Of a stretch of 64,000 nucleotides of DNA, positions 38,149 through 50,884 are shown one piece after another. The DNA is from Vicugna vicugna. Its lineage: Eukaryota. The notes under the pieces were generated by a model, which saw only the letters and a program-made list of their open reading frames with translations, did not search any database and was not told the origin of the DNA. Position 1 is the stretch's first letter, and each line of letters begins with the position of its first letter. The stretch is taken from the NCBI GenBank assembly GCA_013265495.1, contig MU058423.1, positions 3,549,061 to 3,613,060 on the forward strand. The letters run 5' to 3'. Both the position numbers and the translations under genes were made by a program.

Positions 38149-40281
38149 AAGAATATTAATACATTTTGAGTCTAAATTATTGAAGAGATGATCACATGGA
38201 GGTTAAAGTGGTTCATAAGGATAACAAGATTTTGAAGTCCACAGTATAAGATGCAGGATTGATGGTTCTGGCCGTTAACAGCAAGGGGGATGGATAGAAG
38301 GCAGTGCAGCTGGCCTGTGCGTCCTGGGAGAAAATGTTTGGGGAAGATAGTAGAGAGGAAATGGTACAAATGTTGCAATGCAGAGCGAGAAATCGTCCTA
38401 AGGAACATGGGCTGTGGGAGTTAGGTGACAAAGTCATCAAAAGGGTTGGAGCGGGTGGGTGGGTGCGGAGGAGACTCAGAGTCAGAGGTGGCTTAGGTTA
38501 ATTTATACATCAGCATAAAAATATTTTGGTTCCTTCATCCTTCCAGCTGCCTCTCTGGGCCACCTGATGAAAGGAGGGCGGGCCTTCCCACCACCGTCCC
38601 TGCAAATAGCTTTGATTTCTCTCCAATCGTGCACTCTCTTCCTACAGGAATGCTCTTTTATTTCCATAAGGTCAAATGTTTCTGGCAGGCATTGAATACA
38701 GTACAATACAGTTCATGTGCCTGTTGATTTATTTTGTCTTCAGTTCTTGATTTTGAGGAACTTCTTGAATTCGGTATTCAAACGGATGCAGAGGAACCCA
38801 GACTAACAGGGAAGAAGCATGTAGTTCTATTCGGCAAGAGAACTGGGACTCATGCTGGCTTCCATACTAGACGTCCAAGGGCAGCATCCCGCTGATGGCA
38901 TGTTGTCTTCACGCCCTGACCTTGCACTCATGTAAAACTATTCCTTGGAGTCCTATTTGTTGACCCAACCTCTGGGCCTTGCTATTTGCTGAAGTGAGAA
39001 GTGGTGCAAGTTGCTCCTCATAGAGTCAGTGCCCTGGGTTCCTAATATCACAAGCAGATGTGTTTGCTGGGAGAGTCTTCCTTTCCTGCCAGTTCACCCC
39101 CTCTGGGAGATTCCTGTGCATCTACGTACACTGACAGGGTTCATCCGCTCTCTGGTGATTTAGTCTACTAGGGTTGAATGAATACGTTTCGTTCCTAGAA
39201 GCCTCACTGGGAGAGGCATAAGAACCTCCTCTGTGCTATTTGCCCATCAGGTTCGGCATGGTCTGATGAAGAATGTATGCATCTTGTGGAATAAGAATGT
39301 TTCTGCTCTCTGATAGCCTAAGAACAGAGGGCTTAGCTGTGCTGGAAAGCAGTGGAGGGGTTTGGAATGGTGTTGGAATAAGAGATAGGAGACCAGAGTC
39401 ACAGCTTTGCTCTTTCATTTAATAGTCAATGTACTACGAGTCATGTTCTAAAAAGCCATTTCTGGATAAAACTTTCGTAACTGTTAATATTGAACTGGTA
39501 ACATTCAAAGAGAAGGTCTTCTTTCCCTTTAAGAACCATTGCTTCTCACTCAGACGCACATCCTATTTCCTGGCACATCTGAGGACAGGGTGAGAGGCCT
39601 CACTGAGAGATCAGTATCTGATCAATTGCCAAACCTGACATTCTGGGGAGAAATTAACCTTCCTAAAGATTTAGTATCTCTAAACTGCTTTGATGAAAGA
39701 TTCCTGAATAAAACTGTTCTGAAGCATCAGTGAGTAAAATGATCAAGATTAGACACATACAGAGACAACAAAATTTGATTTTAAATATCATGTCTCTAAG
39801 TTTTAAAAACCATTCTTGCTTTCTCTGTATCTTACCTTTAAGTGTTTGTCCTTACGCTTGCCAGCTTTTGGATAGTTGTACTAACAGGGCATGACCTGTT
39901 TTGGATTTCTGCCTTTGTTTTGGCAATAGGAGGTAAAATAAGTGATCAGAACAGAATTCTTTTGAAAGTGACTGCAACTAAAAACATCATTCATAAAATT
40001 ACACAAGTTGGAGGAAAAAGAAAAAAAAAGTGTGTCTTATTTATAGAACCTGTATTAACCAAGCCACATCAGAACAATATTTTAAATTTTACCCCGCTTA
40101 CTCTTTCTGAATTTCCATTGTTTGAAAGAAGCTTCTATCTGTTTACGGAGCCCTTGGAACATCTCACAAGTGTTTGGGACCCAGAAAGCCCAGGTGCCTC
40201 GTCCCCGGTCTTAGTCCACTTGAGCTATTGTAACAGGACACCACAGTCTGGGTGGCTCAAAGACAACAGGAATTTATTTTT

Positions 40282-40657
40282 ATTTCTTAAATTTTTTTTT
40301 ATTTTATAAAGTATTCTTTAGATTCTATAGTACTTTACAATTTTCAAAAATTTCACACACATGGATTTCATATAACCCCATAATAACCCTTTTCCCTCCT
40401 ACTCCTGTATTGTCCTTCCCCACTTCCCTCGTCCCACTGGTGACCACTAGTTTGTTCTCAGTAGTGATGTGTCTGCCTCTTATTTGTTTTATTCACTAGT
40501 TTGTTGTATTTTGTAGATTCCACATATAAATGATATCCTACAGTATTTGTGGTTTTTCTGTCTGACTTATTTCACTTAGGGTAATACCCTCCAAGTCCAT
40601 CCATGTTGCTGCAAATGGCAACACTTCATTCTTTTTTATGGCTGAGTAGTATTCCAT

Positions 40658-40712
<55 letters not shown>

Positions 40713-41272
40713 ACACACACATATACATACACATATACATACACACACACACACACAGTATCATCTTCATCCATTCTTCTGGTGATGGACACTGAGGTTG
40801 CTTCCATGCCTTGGCAATTATGAATAATGCTGATATGAACTTTGGGGTACATGTATCTTTTTGAATTAGTGTTTTGGGTTTTTTTTGGATATATACCCAG
40901 GAGTGGAATTGCTGGGTCATATGGTAGTTCTAGTTTTAGATTTTGGAGAAACATCGTTCTGTTTTCCACAGTGGCTGCAGTAATTTACATTCCCACCAAG
41001 AGTGTATAAGGGTTCCCTTCTCTCCGCACCCTCGCCCACATTTGTTACTTGTGTTCTTTTTGATGATGGGCGTTCTGACAGGTGTGAGTTGACATCTCAC
41101 TGTGGTTTTGATTTACATTTCCCTGATGATTAGCAATGTTGAGCATCCTTTCATGTGCCTGTTGGCCATCTGCATTTCCTCTTTGGAAAAATGTCTATTC
41201 AGTTCTTCTGCCATGTTTCAATTGAGTTGTTTGTTTTTTTGGTGTTGAGTTGTATGAGCTTTTTATAGATGT
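40282..41272 (-). mobile_element. 5'-truncated L1 inside MLT1A
   Basis: ORF2 C-terminal remnant LKLELPYDPAIPLLGIYPK...[35 protein letters not shown] about aacag(g/a)aatttattt. Confidence 0.93.
40663..40757. repeat. Long imperfect (CA)n microsatellite
   Basis: About 95 bp CA tract with TA interruptions, inside the L1. Confidence 0.95.
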
Positions 41273-42964
41273 TAAATAACAGAAATTTATTTCTCACAGT
41301 TCTGGAGGCTGGGAAGTCCAAGAACAAGGTGCTGGCAGATTCACTTTCTGGTTCATGGATGGTCATCTTTTTATAGTGTTCTGACATGGCCCAGGGGCTA
41401 GGGAGCTCTCTGGGGTCTCTTTTATAAGAACACAAAGCCCTCATGACCTAATCACCTCTCAAAGTCCCCACCGCCAAATACCATCCCTTTGGGGATTCGG
41501 TTTCAACATATGAATTTTGGGAGGACACCAGCATTTAGTCTATAGCATCCTCATGCCATTTTCTTCTGATGCTCTGGACATAACTTCCCAGGGTGCCGTC
41601 TGCTGCCCAGTGTGCAGCTGCCCAGCAAGCCCGGGGCAGGTACCCCCTGCCGCCGTGGGGCCGTCTCCCACTGCCGCCTGTCTCCCTTGGACCGTGCTTT
41701 GTGGTGCTGGGGCCCTTGGCATGTCCTCCACGAGGCAGCAGTTCACAGTGTCTAACACGAAGCAGGGAGACTCACTCCCCTGGCTATGGCATCATACATT
41801 CTTGGCAGAGTCCTGAAGCAGTTTCAGGACTCTTCCTTCCCTTTGTGTTTGTGGAAACATCTTTCCCACCCTTTACCTGAGATATGTTCTGGCATCTTCC
41901 AGTAATACCCGGTTTGACGCTGGTAATAAGTTCAGACACTAGGGGATGGTTATATTCCACCCAGAGGAGCACTCCATCAGTACATTCCTGACTCTCGGCT
42001 GTATTCGTACTTTGGCAGCAGGAGAGTGAATCTGTGATAAGCATATTGAGTTTCAATCTTGGATAGACTCGTTGGCAAAAACCTTGGGCTTCTTCTCCTT
42101 TGAATTATCTGGACAAAGCACAGCTCCTAACCCTCCAGATAATGTGAGAATATAAAATAAAAGATTGGGGGAGGATGTGTCAGCAAATACCAGCTCCTAA
42201 ACTCAAATTTAGAGATTTGCCAAGGCTTCGAACGCGTGCTCGTGAATCTTTCCCCACCGCGCTCCCAGGAGGGCTGGGGCAGCAGGGTTCCTCTAGGAGT
42301 TCCTGTTGCTTTCGTCTGCCTTTCCACAACAGTGCCGCAGTTCTGAGCTGGTCACTTCCGCTCAGACCCCTGAACTTGAAGAAGGTGTTTAATTCTCCAT
42401 CACTGGGGGGCCTGGGCTGACAGCAGTGGTAAGAGTCATTTCCATCACTGCTGCAAGTCTACTATTTCCTGCCTGTTTTGTTGTTGTTGTTGTTAACTAA
42501 GGACCTAGCAGGGTTTGTATTTGTCACGGTGTAACTATACACTCGTCTCTCCCAGGTGGAGAGCAATTATGTTCATGAACCTCCGAGGTCTGCCAGACAA
42601 AATTAGTTCATATAAACAGACTTTCATGTCACTTTACCATCAATTTCTAGAAAATAGCAGTAGCTCCAAGACCCCTTGTGCCGTCCTTTTGAATTAGACC
42701 CTTATGAGATGAAGAAAGCTATCTTTTCCACATCCTAGTAAGTCCTATGCATTTGCTAATACCCACTGCTTAAAACAGTTTTTGGAAACAACTGGCTTCC
42801 TAGAATTTAGTCTGGAGTATCCTGGACTTATTATGGCTTTGGTACACAGATCTATTTCGGTGCATCTATTCAGAATGCAGTGGTTCACATTACCTTGAAA
42901 TTTTTGCCTTGATTTTCTGCAGTCGCCCAATAGAAACTTATGGACTACAGGACTCAGAAACAAT

Positions 42965-43098
42965 TAGGTGACTATACACTCTGGTTGGTCTAAGACAGTC
43001 CTGGTTTTATGTCTGTTATTTGGATATAGATATTAATAGAGTCTCCTTTCATGCTCAAGTTATCCAGATTTGGACGATGAAGTATATACGATCACCCC
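42965..43098. mobile_element. MER94-like hAT-Blackjack MITE
   Basis: ggtgactatac...gacagtcctggttttatgtctgtt...tattaatagagtctcctttcatgctcaag...ttggacgatgaagtatatacgatcaccc. Confidence 0.75.
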
Positions 43099-44189
43099 TG
43101 AGACGAGGTCATAAATCACTGGCTGTAAACAGGTGTTGACTTAAGGCAGAGTACTCTTCTTATGGTGTCATTTTTCAGAGTCAAGGTTCTCACATCTCTG
43201 TTTTACACTGTTTCCCTGAACACTGGTTCTGTCACACTCAGAAAGGACGTAACGTTACTCCTTGCTTGCCTCTTCCTCCTAAGTCTCTTACTCCATTCTC
43301 TGGGGATTGAAGGGTCTTGAAATCAAAAGTTTTCAAGAATTAAACAAGATGTCCCAGTTGTGAAAACTTCAGGACAGGAAGCTGTTCCCGTCCTTTGGCA
43401 GAATCTGCACTCAGAACAAGGATGATGAGAATATCCAGAAGCTCGCCAGCCTCTCCCGTGTAGTACTGGCAAGTGCTTCTCATGGGCCAGGATGGTCCTC
43501 TATGGTGTATGGCGTGGGATCACCCCTTACACACCCACCCCCAACCCAGGCCTGCAGGTGCTGCTGTCGCCGTCTCTTTGTGCTCCCCACTCCTTTATCA
43601 AGGGGGTCCACCCTCACGTACCTGAAGAAGAAGGAAGTGTTTGGACTTGGGCATGGAATCCCAGCCCGTAAGATGCTGGCAAAAGGAAGGGATTGGATGA
43701 CTATCAGGATGATTTCCAAATTATGGTCATTTGTCCCAGTGCAGACCTTCAGAGTACCAGATCTCTTTTATCTTCTAATAGGGCTGACTTTCTTCCTTGT
43801 TTCTCTTGAATTTCTTAAAAGTGAACATTTGAAAGCCATCTGTAATATTCCTTTAATTTCATTTTCTCTGGAGTCCACCAGTCACCCAAGAGTCCGCTCT
43901 TTTTTCTGTGCACTAGAAGTACATACAGTTATTCCAAGCATCAAACCTTGTTCTGGACAGAGTAATTAGTATAGGGGGCAGGTGTATTCAGGACAAAGAT
44001 TCATCATCATTCCGGACAGCTTAGCACCAACCCCCATCATCCTCACATTGATGGCTCAGAAGATGACTTCCAGATCCCATTAGCCAAGTTAGCAATAGCC
44101 CTGCTTTTCCCAGCTCCTTTCTTCCTTGGTGTTTCTGGAATTACTGTGGGGCAAATTTGTTCCTAAGAATTGTCCTGATCCTTCTGCTA

Positions 44190-44272
44190 CAGCTGTCCCT
44201 TGAATAACGTGGGGTTAGTGGCACTGACCCTCTGCACAGTGGAAAATCTGAGTATAATTTATAGTCAGCCCG
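44190..44272 (-). mobile_element. Tigger2-derived fragment (one end)
   Basis: ta-cagctgtcccttgaataacgtggggttagtggcactgaccctctgcacagtggaaaatctgagtataa. Confidence 0.7.
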
Positions 44273-46119
44273 CTGATTAGGTGCTTCCTCTGTAGTTTCT
44301 GTAGTGAAGTGGCTTTTGCCCCTACCCCTGGGACAAGCTGGGTGCCCACTGCTAGCTTGGTGGTGGAGGTCTGGCCAGCTGGACTCCCACTCCTGCTGGC
44401 CCCATTGCCCCACTCCGTTATCCACCACCACCGGGACACATGACGGCAGTGATACCCCCCTGGGAAGAGGCACTACTTGTCTTCTCTCTGCCTTAGCTTT
44501 GTGCCCCACAGAAATTGGGTTAAGGGCGCCTGAGTTGGGGAGCAGTTCTGAGGCAGAGGCAGCTCTCCTGAACCTCAGCCCTGATGCCAAGACTAATCCA
44601 CTGCTCTTAATTTCTTCCACCTACATGGTAAGTTCCTTTTAGGATTCTCACTACTCTTTCCTAAATTCAAACTCAGGCCCTCTCACTCCCAATCCATCAG
44701 ACAATTTATGAAAACTTTGAATCTTAAAAAAGAAGGAGTTGAGGTCTTCAGAAGTCTTTACTCTCTGTTTCTTAATTTATAGGTACATAAAGATTGTGGT
44801 CAGACCCTCAATAACTCTCAAGCTTTAACACAAAAGGACATATTGGGTTGGGGACAAGAGGCAACTCTGCCACCTTCCTGAGTCTGGGCCAGCATGCGCC
44901 CAGCCAAAGTATCTTGTAATACAAGATCACACGGAATATTCTTTTTTGTAACCTTCATGTTTTCACTTAACTTCATGAAAATCTTTCCATGATGATAAAT
45001 GTTTGTCTACAGCATCATTTTATGACTGCACAGTATATTTTGCTAATCCTGTATGATGAGACGCTTATTTCCAGTTTTCTCACTATCATGACCAGTGATG
45101 AGAGGCATATCCTTTTAGGAACATCTTCGTGTACATGACTGATGGCTTCCTCAGGGTGACTACCTGGAAGTAGAATTTGCCGGGTGAAGGGGCACTCCAG
45201 GGACACCAACACCAGCAGCTTGAGGGCTTCGCCAAGGGCTGTTGGTAGTCATCTAAAATAATGCAAGCAACACTCTCCTGTGGTTTTTTCTTTTAAATGA
45301 TCCATAAGAGAATGCAATCAAGGCTTAGAATTTCACACATGTGCACACGCATGCACACACGGCTACTAGAGAATCTGAATAACGAACTAGGACTGTACAG
45401 TTTAGAACTGCTTTCTCTCAAAATACCTTTTATTGAATGTATCTTTAATATTTGCTTTTCAGCAAAACATAATGACAGCTGTAATGCTAATAACTGCCAG
45501 GAAGTGTTTTTCCCTAATGCTCTGAGCGTTTGTGTGTCAAAGAGACTTTATACCCTTTCAAAAGAACAGCAAATATGGTGGGGTGAGGGTGGGGACAAAG
45601 TTGCGTCTCAAAGGCCTTCCTGTTTGTCGGGGAGATGCCGCAGAGAGGCCAGCAAGCATTCACTCGTGGCGGTGGGGCTGGCTGCCCGCCCCATCAGATT
45701 GTAGCCTTAAGAATACTGTGTCTTAATGATGAGGGATGTTTGTCGTTTTGCCTTTTAGTTTGTCTCCTGGGACCCTCATCTAACCTTCTTGGACATCCTG
45801 TAGTGTTTTGGCTCTAGACTTGTGACGTTTTGTCTTTTTCCCTGAAGGCACAGGGAGAGCGAGGGGGCCATCTGTGCTTGTCCTCAATACTGTGTTTAAG
45901 AGAGAAAGAAGCAATTACTTCTCTCCTCAGGCAAGCTCTTTTTCTGTCCAGCCTCTGCCTTGATCTCTCTTCAGTAAACAGTAGAAGCAATGTAGCAGCG
46001 CCACAGCCGGAGAAGCCTGTGGCCGGCTGCTGCCCCCAGCTACTTGAGACCGCATTCACAGAGACACAGCATATGGGCTGAATAAAGTACCAGCCCCTTG
46101 TGCTCTGCGAGTCTTCGTT

Positions 46120-46560
46120 GTGCAAACATTTCCTGTGTCTTATGCACTGGACACTGGGCCAAAATGTGGAGATTCAGGGCTAAAAAGACAGTCCCCACAT
46201 TTAAGGAACTCAGACAAACGAGACAGATGTGGCAACAAACAGTTGTCCTATGATGATGTGATTATTTTAATGAATGTTTGTCTAAAGAGTAGGAGGTGGT
46301 TAAGGAGATGGAACACATGTGGGCAAATAACCAACGAGGTCTTGGAGGATAAATAGGTGTCTGCCCAGCAGGTGGGTGGAGGAGGGAATTCCAGGCAAGG
46401 GAACATCATGTGCAAAGTCATGAACCTGTTCCTAGTTTGTGGGGTGTTGGGTGAAACATCAAGTATTCTAGTTTTCCTATTAAAATATGAGGAGTAGATG
46501 GCCAGGAAATGCGGTTAGAGGAGTAGGCAGGGGCAGGTGATGAGGGATCTTATATGTCAC
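46120..46560 (-). mobile_element. L2 3' fragment
   Basis: ggagggaattccaggcaagggaacatcatgtgcaaagtcatg is a typical L2 motif. Confidence 0.7.
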
Positions 46561-46574
46561 ATGTGGGGGAAGCT

Positions 46575-46900
46575 ATTTGTCCCCCGATGTTTGTTTTCTT
46601 CTTCAATTAGCAATAGACGTAGCTACTCGGATTAAAGACTGTATCTTAAGCTCCCTTGAATGTAGGTGTGGCCAGGTAACTAAATTCTGTAAACAGAGTG
46701 TCATCTGGCTCCAGGGAGCCTGCCTTTCAGCCCTTAAAGACAGAGCATAAGTGCATCCTATCTGTTTGTTTAGTTTTTGTTCCTTTCTCCATTGAAATTC
46801 TGGAAAGCAGATAATGTCATCCGTGCAGAACAAGCAATGGGGGCTCTGAGTGGGGAATTGCTGCAGCTGACGTAGCAATGTGGTTAGCGCTGTAGGTGAG
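46575..46900 (+). mobile_element. LTR16-like ERVL LTR fragment
   Basis: taaagactgtatcttaagctcccttgaatgtaggtgtggccaggtaactaaattctg. Confidence 0.5.
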
Positions 46901-46975
46901 AACCGCCTCCTGCAGACACTGTGAAGGATGGATGAGGACGGGACGGATGAGACGTGGGTGGAGCCACACGGTTGT

Positions 46976-47577
46976 GTGGTGGTTTTGTACTGGGTCAGCT
47001 TAGTTAAACTGGAATTTGACTCCCAGAATTCCCTTTCCTGTGTGGCTCTCAGTTAGGACTGGCCTCAAGAGGAATTTTCGCAAGATTTGGAAGGGGAAAG
47101 TGAAGCGGCAGCCATGTTCACATGGAAAGTTGGTGTAGGATCGGGCACTCCTACAGCCAAACACAGCTGGGAATCTGTGGGTTCACCTTTGCATGAGGCA
47201 GCAGCTGGGATGACGACTATTTCCACTATGCCCGATCTCCTCTTTTAGCTCCTCCAACCGCTGGGCCAGGTGTGGTTTAGATTCTTGATAGAGGGTGAAG
47301 GCTTGGAGGTGATGGGAGCCTGGCACCCCAGTTTTCCTCTTAAGTTCCACCTAACCCTTGTGAGTTCTAGTTGGTCCTTGCTCTTCCCACTTCCTGTTTA
47401 TCTTCCCTCCCAACTGCCTGTCCTGCTGACTCCAAACCAGCACCAAATGAAGAGGCAACGATTGTACATAAACTCTTTAACCAGCTCGCCATGTTGCATA
47501 CAGTCGAACTCCTATAACAAGTCAAATCTTATCACTCGGAGTGGTTCTGCTTTTCTGACTGAATTCCGACTGGTACT
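46976..47577 (+). mobile_element. ERVL solo LTR (LTR41-like)
   Basis: tgtggtggttttgtactgggtcagcttagttaaactggaatttgactcccagaattccctttcctg...gtggttctgcttttctgactgaattccgactggtac. Confidence 0.75.
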
Positions 47578-47599
47578 GAGTATGAAGATGGTGAAGGCA

Positions 47600-48595
47600 G
47601 GGATGTGACTTTCTTAATTACCACTGTGTCCCCAGAGTCTAGAACAGTGCCTGTAAGATAAGAGACGCTCAATATTTTTGGATAAAGCGCTGAGGAAGAT
47701 GAACATGAGAGAGCTTGGGGAGGCAGAATCGACAGGACTTGGTGATTGCTTGGGTGAAGAATTGAGAGAAAAGACTGAAACAACCAGAATCCTCTTTTTT
47801 TTTTTTTTTTTGCCTTTGGCACCTGGATGAAGATGGTGCCACATGCTAAGATAGGAAAGCCGGGAGGGGAATCAGTTTGGGGTGTGTTTTCCCAAAGGGC
47901 TCTTGCTGGGCTGCTGTTGAGCTGAGTGAACTACAAGGCAGCCAGCACTTACTCACTAAGGCTTGTGTTCTTAGAGAGTTCTTAAGGCTGAGGGATTGGA
48001 GGTTGAATCAGACAGACGCTGCAGTTCCTTCCGGCCTTAGACTCCTATGGTAGTGGGGAGCTCTGCTTTGAATATACTGAATTTGGGAAGACTCTGGGAT
48101 ATTGCTTTTGGAGATAGGGAGTAAACTGAAATTCAGGTCATACGTCAGGAAAGAGTTCTAGTCTGGGGAATTCGTTTTGGGAGTCATCTGTGTAAAAGCA
48201 GTAGTTGAAGCAATGGGCATGATTAAAAGAGCATGAGGGTGATTAAGAGACCAGACTGGAGCTGTAGGGACCCACAATGTAAAAAGTCTGGCAGGAGAAG
48301 AGGAGCCTGCAAAAGACATGTAAGAGAGCCTTCCATGAAGTAACAGGTACGCTGGAGAGTATGGTTCAAGAAACTGAAGGATGAAATGGTTTTCAAAGAG
48401 AAGCACCAAACCCTGAGAAATGTCACTAAACACCAAATACTGCAGGTGGATGAAAACTTAGAAGTATCCCTGGAAAGAGTAGGATGAAAACTTAGAAGTA
48501 TCCCTGGAAAGAGTAGTTTCTGTGACACGTTGGGGTGAGAAGCCAGAGTGAAGTGAGCTGGGGAGTAAACGGGTATTGGTGAGTAAAAACTATGC
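47600..48595. mobile_element. L2 fragments (short plus-strand 3' end, then minus-strand body resuming after 49805)
   Basis: tagaacagtgcctgtaagataagagacgctcaatatttttgg; cagaatcgacaggacttggtgattg; ttttgggagtcatctgtgtaaaagcagtagttgaagc. Confidence 0.65.
48448..48515. repeat. Perfect 34-bp tandem duplication
   Basis: ggatgaaaacttagaagtatccctggaaagagta occurs twice (48448-48481 and 48482-48515). Confidence 0.95.
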
Positions 48596-48599
48596 TTTT

Positions 48600-49792
48600 T
48601 TTAAAAAAACTGAAGTATAGTCACTTACAGTGTGTCAATTTCTGGTGTACAGCACAATGTCCCAATCATGCATATATACATACATATACACACATGTATT
48701 TTCATATTCTTTTTCATTAAAGGTTATTACAAGATATTGAATATAGTTTCCTGTGCTGTACAGAAGAAAATTTTTTAAATCTATTTTTAAATATAGTGGC
48801 TAACATTTGCAAATCTCAAACTCCCAAATTTACCTTTTCCTGATAACCATAAGAAAGTTTACAATGTCTCCAAGTCTATTTCTGTTTTGTAGGGAGTTCA
48901 TAGTGTCCTTCTTACTCTTTTTTTTTTAAGATTCCACATATGAGTGATATTATATGGTATTTTTCTTTCTCCTTCTGGCTTACTTCACTTAGAATGATGA
49001 TCTCTAGGTCCATCCCTGTTGCTGCAAATGGCATTATTTTATTCTTTTTTATGGCTGAGTAGTATTCCATTGTATAAATATACCACAACTTCTTTATCCA
49101 GTCATCTGTCAATGGACTGTTTCCATGTCTTGGCTATTGTAAATAGTGCTGCTATGAATATTGGGGTGCATCAAATTATAGTTTTCTCCAGATAAATGCC
49201 CAGGAGTGGGATTGCTGGATAATATGGTAAGTCTATTTTTAGTTTTTTGAGGAATCTCTATACTGTTTTCCATAATGGCTGTACCAAACTACATTCCCAC
49301 CAGCAGTGTAGGAGGGTTCCCTTGTCTCCACACCCTCTCCAGCATTTATTGTTTGTGGCCTTCTGAATGATGGCCATTCTGACTGGTGTGAGGTGATACC
49401 TCATTGTAGTTTTGATTTGCATTTCTCTGATAATTAGTGATATTGAGCATTTTTTCATGTGCCTATTGGCCATTTGTATGTATTCATTGGAGAATTGCTT
49501 GTTTAGGTCTTCTGCCCATTTTTGGAATGGGTTGTTTGTTTTCATTGTTATTAAGTTGTATGAGCTATTTATGTATTCTGAAAATTAAACCTTTGTCAGT
49601 CTCATCATTTGCAAATATTCTCTCCCATTTCATAGGTTGCCTTTTTCTTTTGCTTATGGTCTTCTTTGCTGTGCAAAAGCTTATAAGTTTAATTAGGTCC
49701 TATTTGTTAATTTTTGCTTTTATTTGGATTGCCTGGGTAGACTGCCCTAGGAGAACATGGCTAAGATTTATGTCAGAGAACGTTTTGCCTAT
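48600..49792 (-). mobile_element. Young 5'-truncated L1 with clear TSD
   Basis: TSD aaaactatgcttttt at 48586 and 49793. ORF2 remnant [51 protein letters not shown]. Confidence 0.95.
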
Positions 49793-50370
49793 AAAACTAT
49801 GCTTTTTTTGAAGCTTGGCTGTGAAAGAAAAGAGAGATTGGGGAAAGGAGTCAGAAAGTATGGGAACTGGGCAGAGAATAGTTGGAATAGGACTGTGGGG
49901 TTTAAAATTTCAGAGAGTGAGCTGTTCTGAATGAGGACAAGGTCTGAGTGTGGACTTGGCAGTGCATAGCTGACCGGGAGTAGAGTGGAAGTCCTCTGAG
50001 TTGAGATCAAGGAAGTGGGGGCCATATGTAGAAACACAGTCAGTGTGGGCATTGGTCCCCTAGCAGAAGATGACAAGATGGTGAGAAAAATGATAAACCC
50101 AAGTTCATGGTAAATATGAGGGAGTTGACAAGAGATTGGCATATCACAGGGATGAAGAAGAGAACAAGTCATCATCCTCAGAGGGTGTGAGTCTCAAAGG
50201 ACCATGGGGTTACTTGTTCATTCGGCACTCAACACCAAGTGCCTACAGTAGTAACCTGGGAGCAGGGCAGAGTGTAACTGGGGAACCACCTGCGGAATGG
50301 TAAGTGGGGTCCAGGAGCTAAAGCATCTTCACATAGGAAGGAGCAGCCTTAGAAAGGATCCAGATTTCCT

Positions 50371-50555
50371 CAGTGATTTTTAACCCTGGCGGCACATGAG
50401 AACTCCCTGGGGAGCTTTTCAAAAGCACCGCGCCCAGGTCCTACACTAGTCCGGTTCTCTCAGCATCTCTGACAGCAGTATCAGTGGGGCAGCAGCATCA
50501 GTAGATTTTAAAGGCCCCCAGGGATTTCCATCGTGCAGTCAGGCTGAGCAAGGAG
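50371..50555. mobile_element. MER5A-like MITE
   Basis: cagtgatttttaaccctggcggcacatgagaactccctggggagctttt...ccccagggatttccatcgtgcagtcaggctgag. Confidence 0.7.
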
Positions 50556-50884
50556 TCCTTGGGAATAAAGAGGTCTCAGTGCTGAGGTTGGCGGGGGCCT
50601 CCAGGAGCTGGAGGTGGGGGTGGGTTTGAGTGGCACCTGCATTTGGGACCCAGGGGGCAGGACGCAGAGTGGGGCCCCCAGATCTGGGGAGCTCTGACTG
50701 TCTGCAGCTGGAGCCCTTGGCTGGCAGGCAGGAAGTGAAGCAGGCCCAGGTGCAGAGCATCTTACCATTGCTGCAGCTGGGCGCTGGCAGGGGGGTGGGG
50801 GGTGGGTGCCAGGACAGGAAGAGAGGCCGGCCCCAGCCCTAGTTCCCACTGGGAGGCTACTTCTAGGAAATTCTGTCCTCAGTC

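Larger units (their letters stand above)
40208..41547 (-). mobile_element. MaLR LTR (MLT1A-like) split by an L1
   Basis: 40208-40280 gtcttagtcc...ctgggtggctcaaagacaacaggaatttatt resumes at 41275 aacagaaatttatttctcacagttctggaggctgggaagtccaaga and ends tttcaacatatgaattttgggagg...agtctatagca. Confidence 0.88.

Noticed and set aside
48448..48515. CRISPR-like 34-bp repeat
   Set aside because: Only two adjacent copies with no spacer; a simple tandem duplication.
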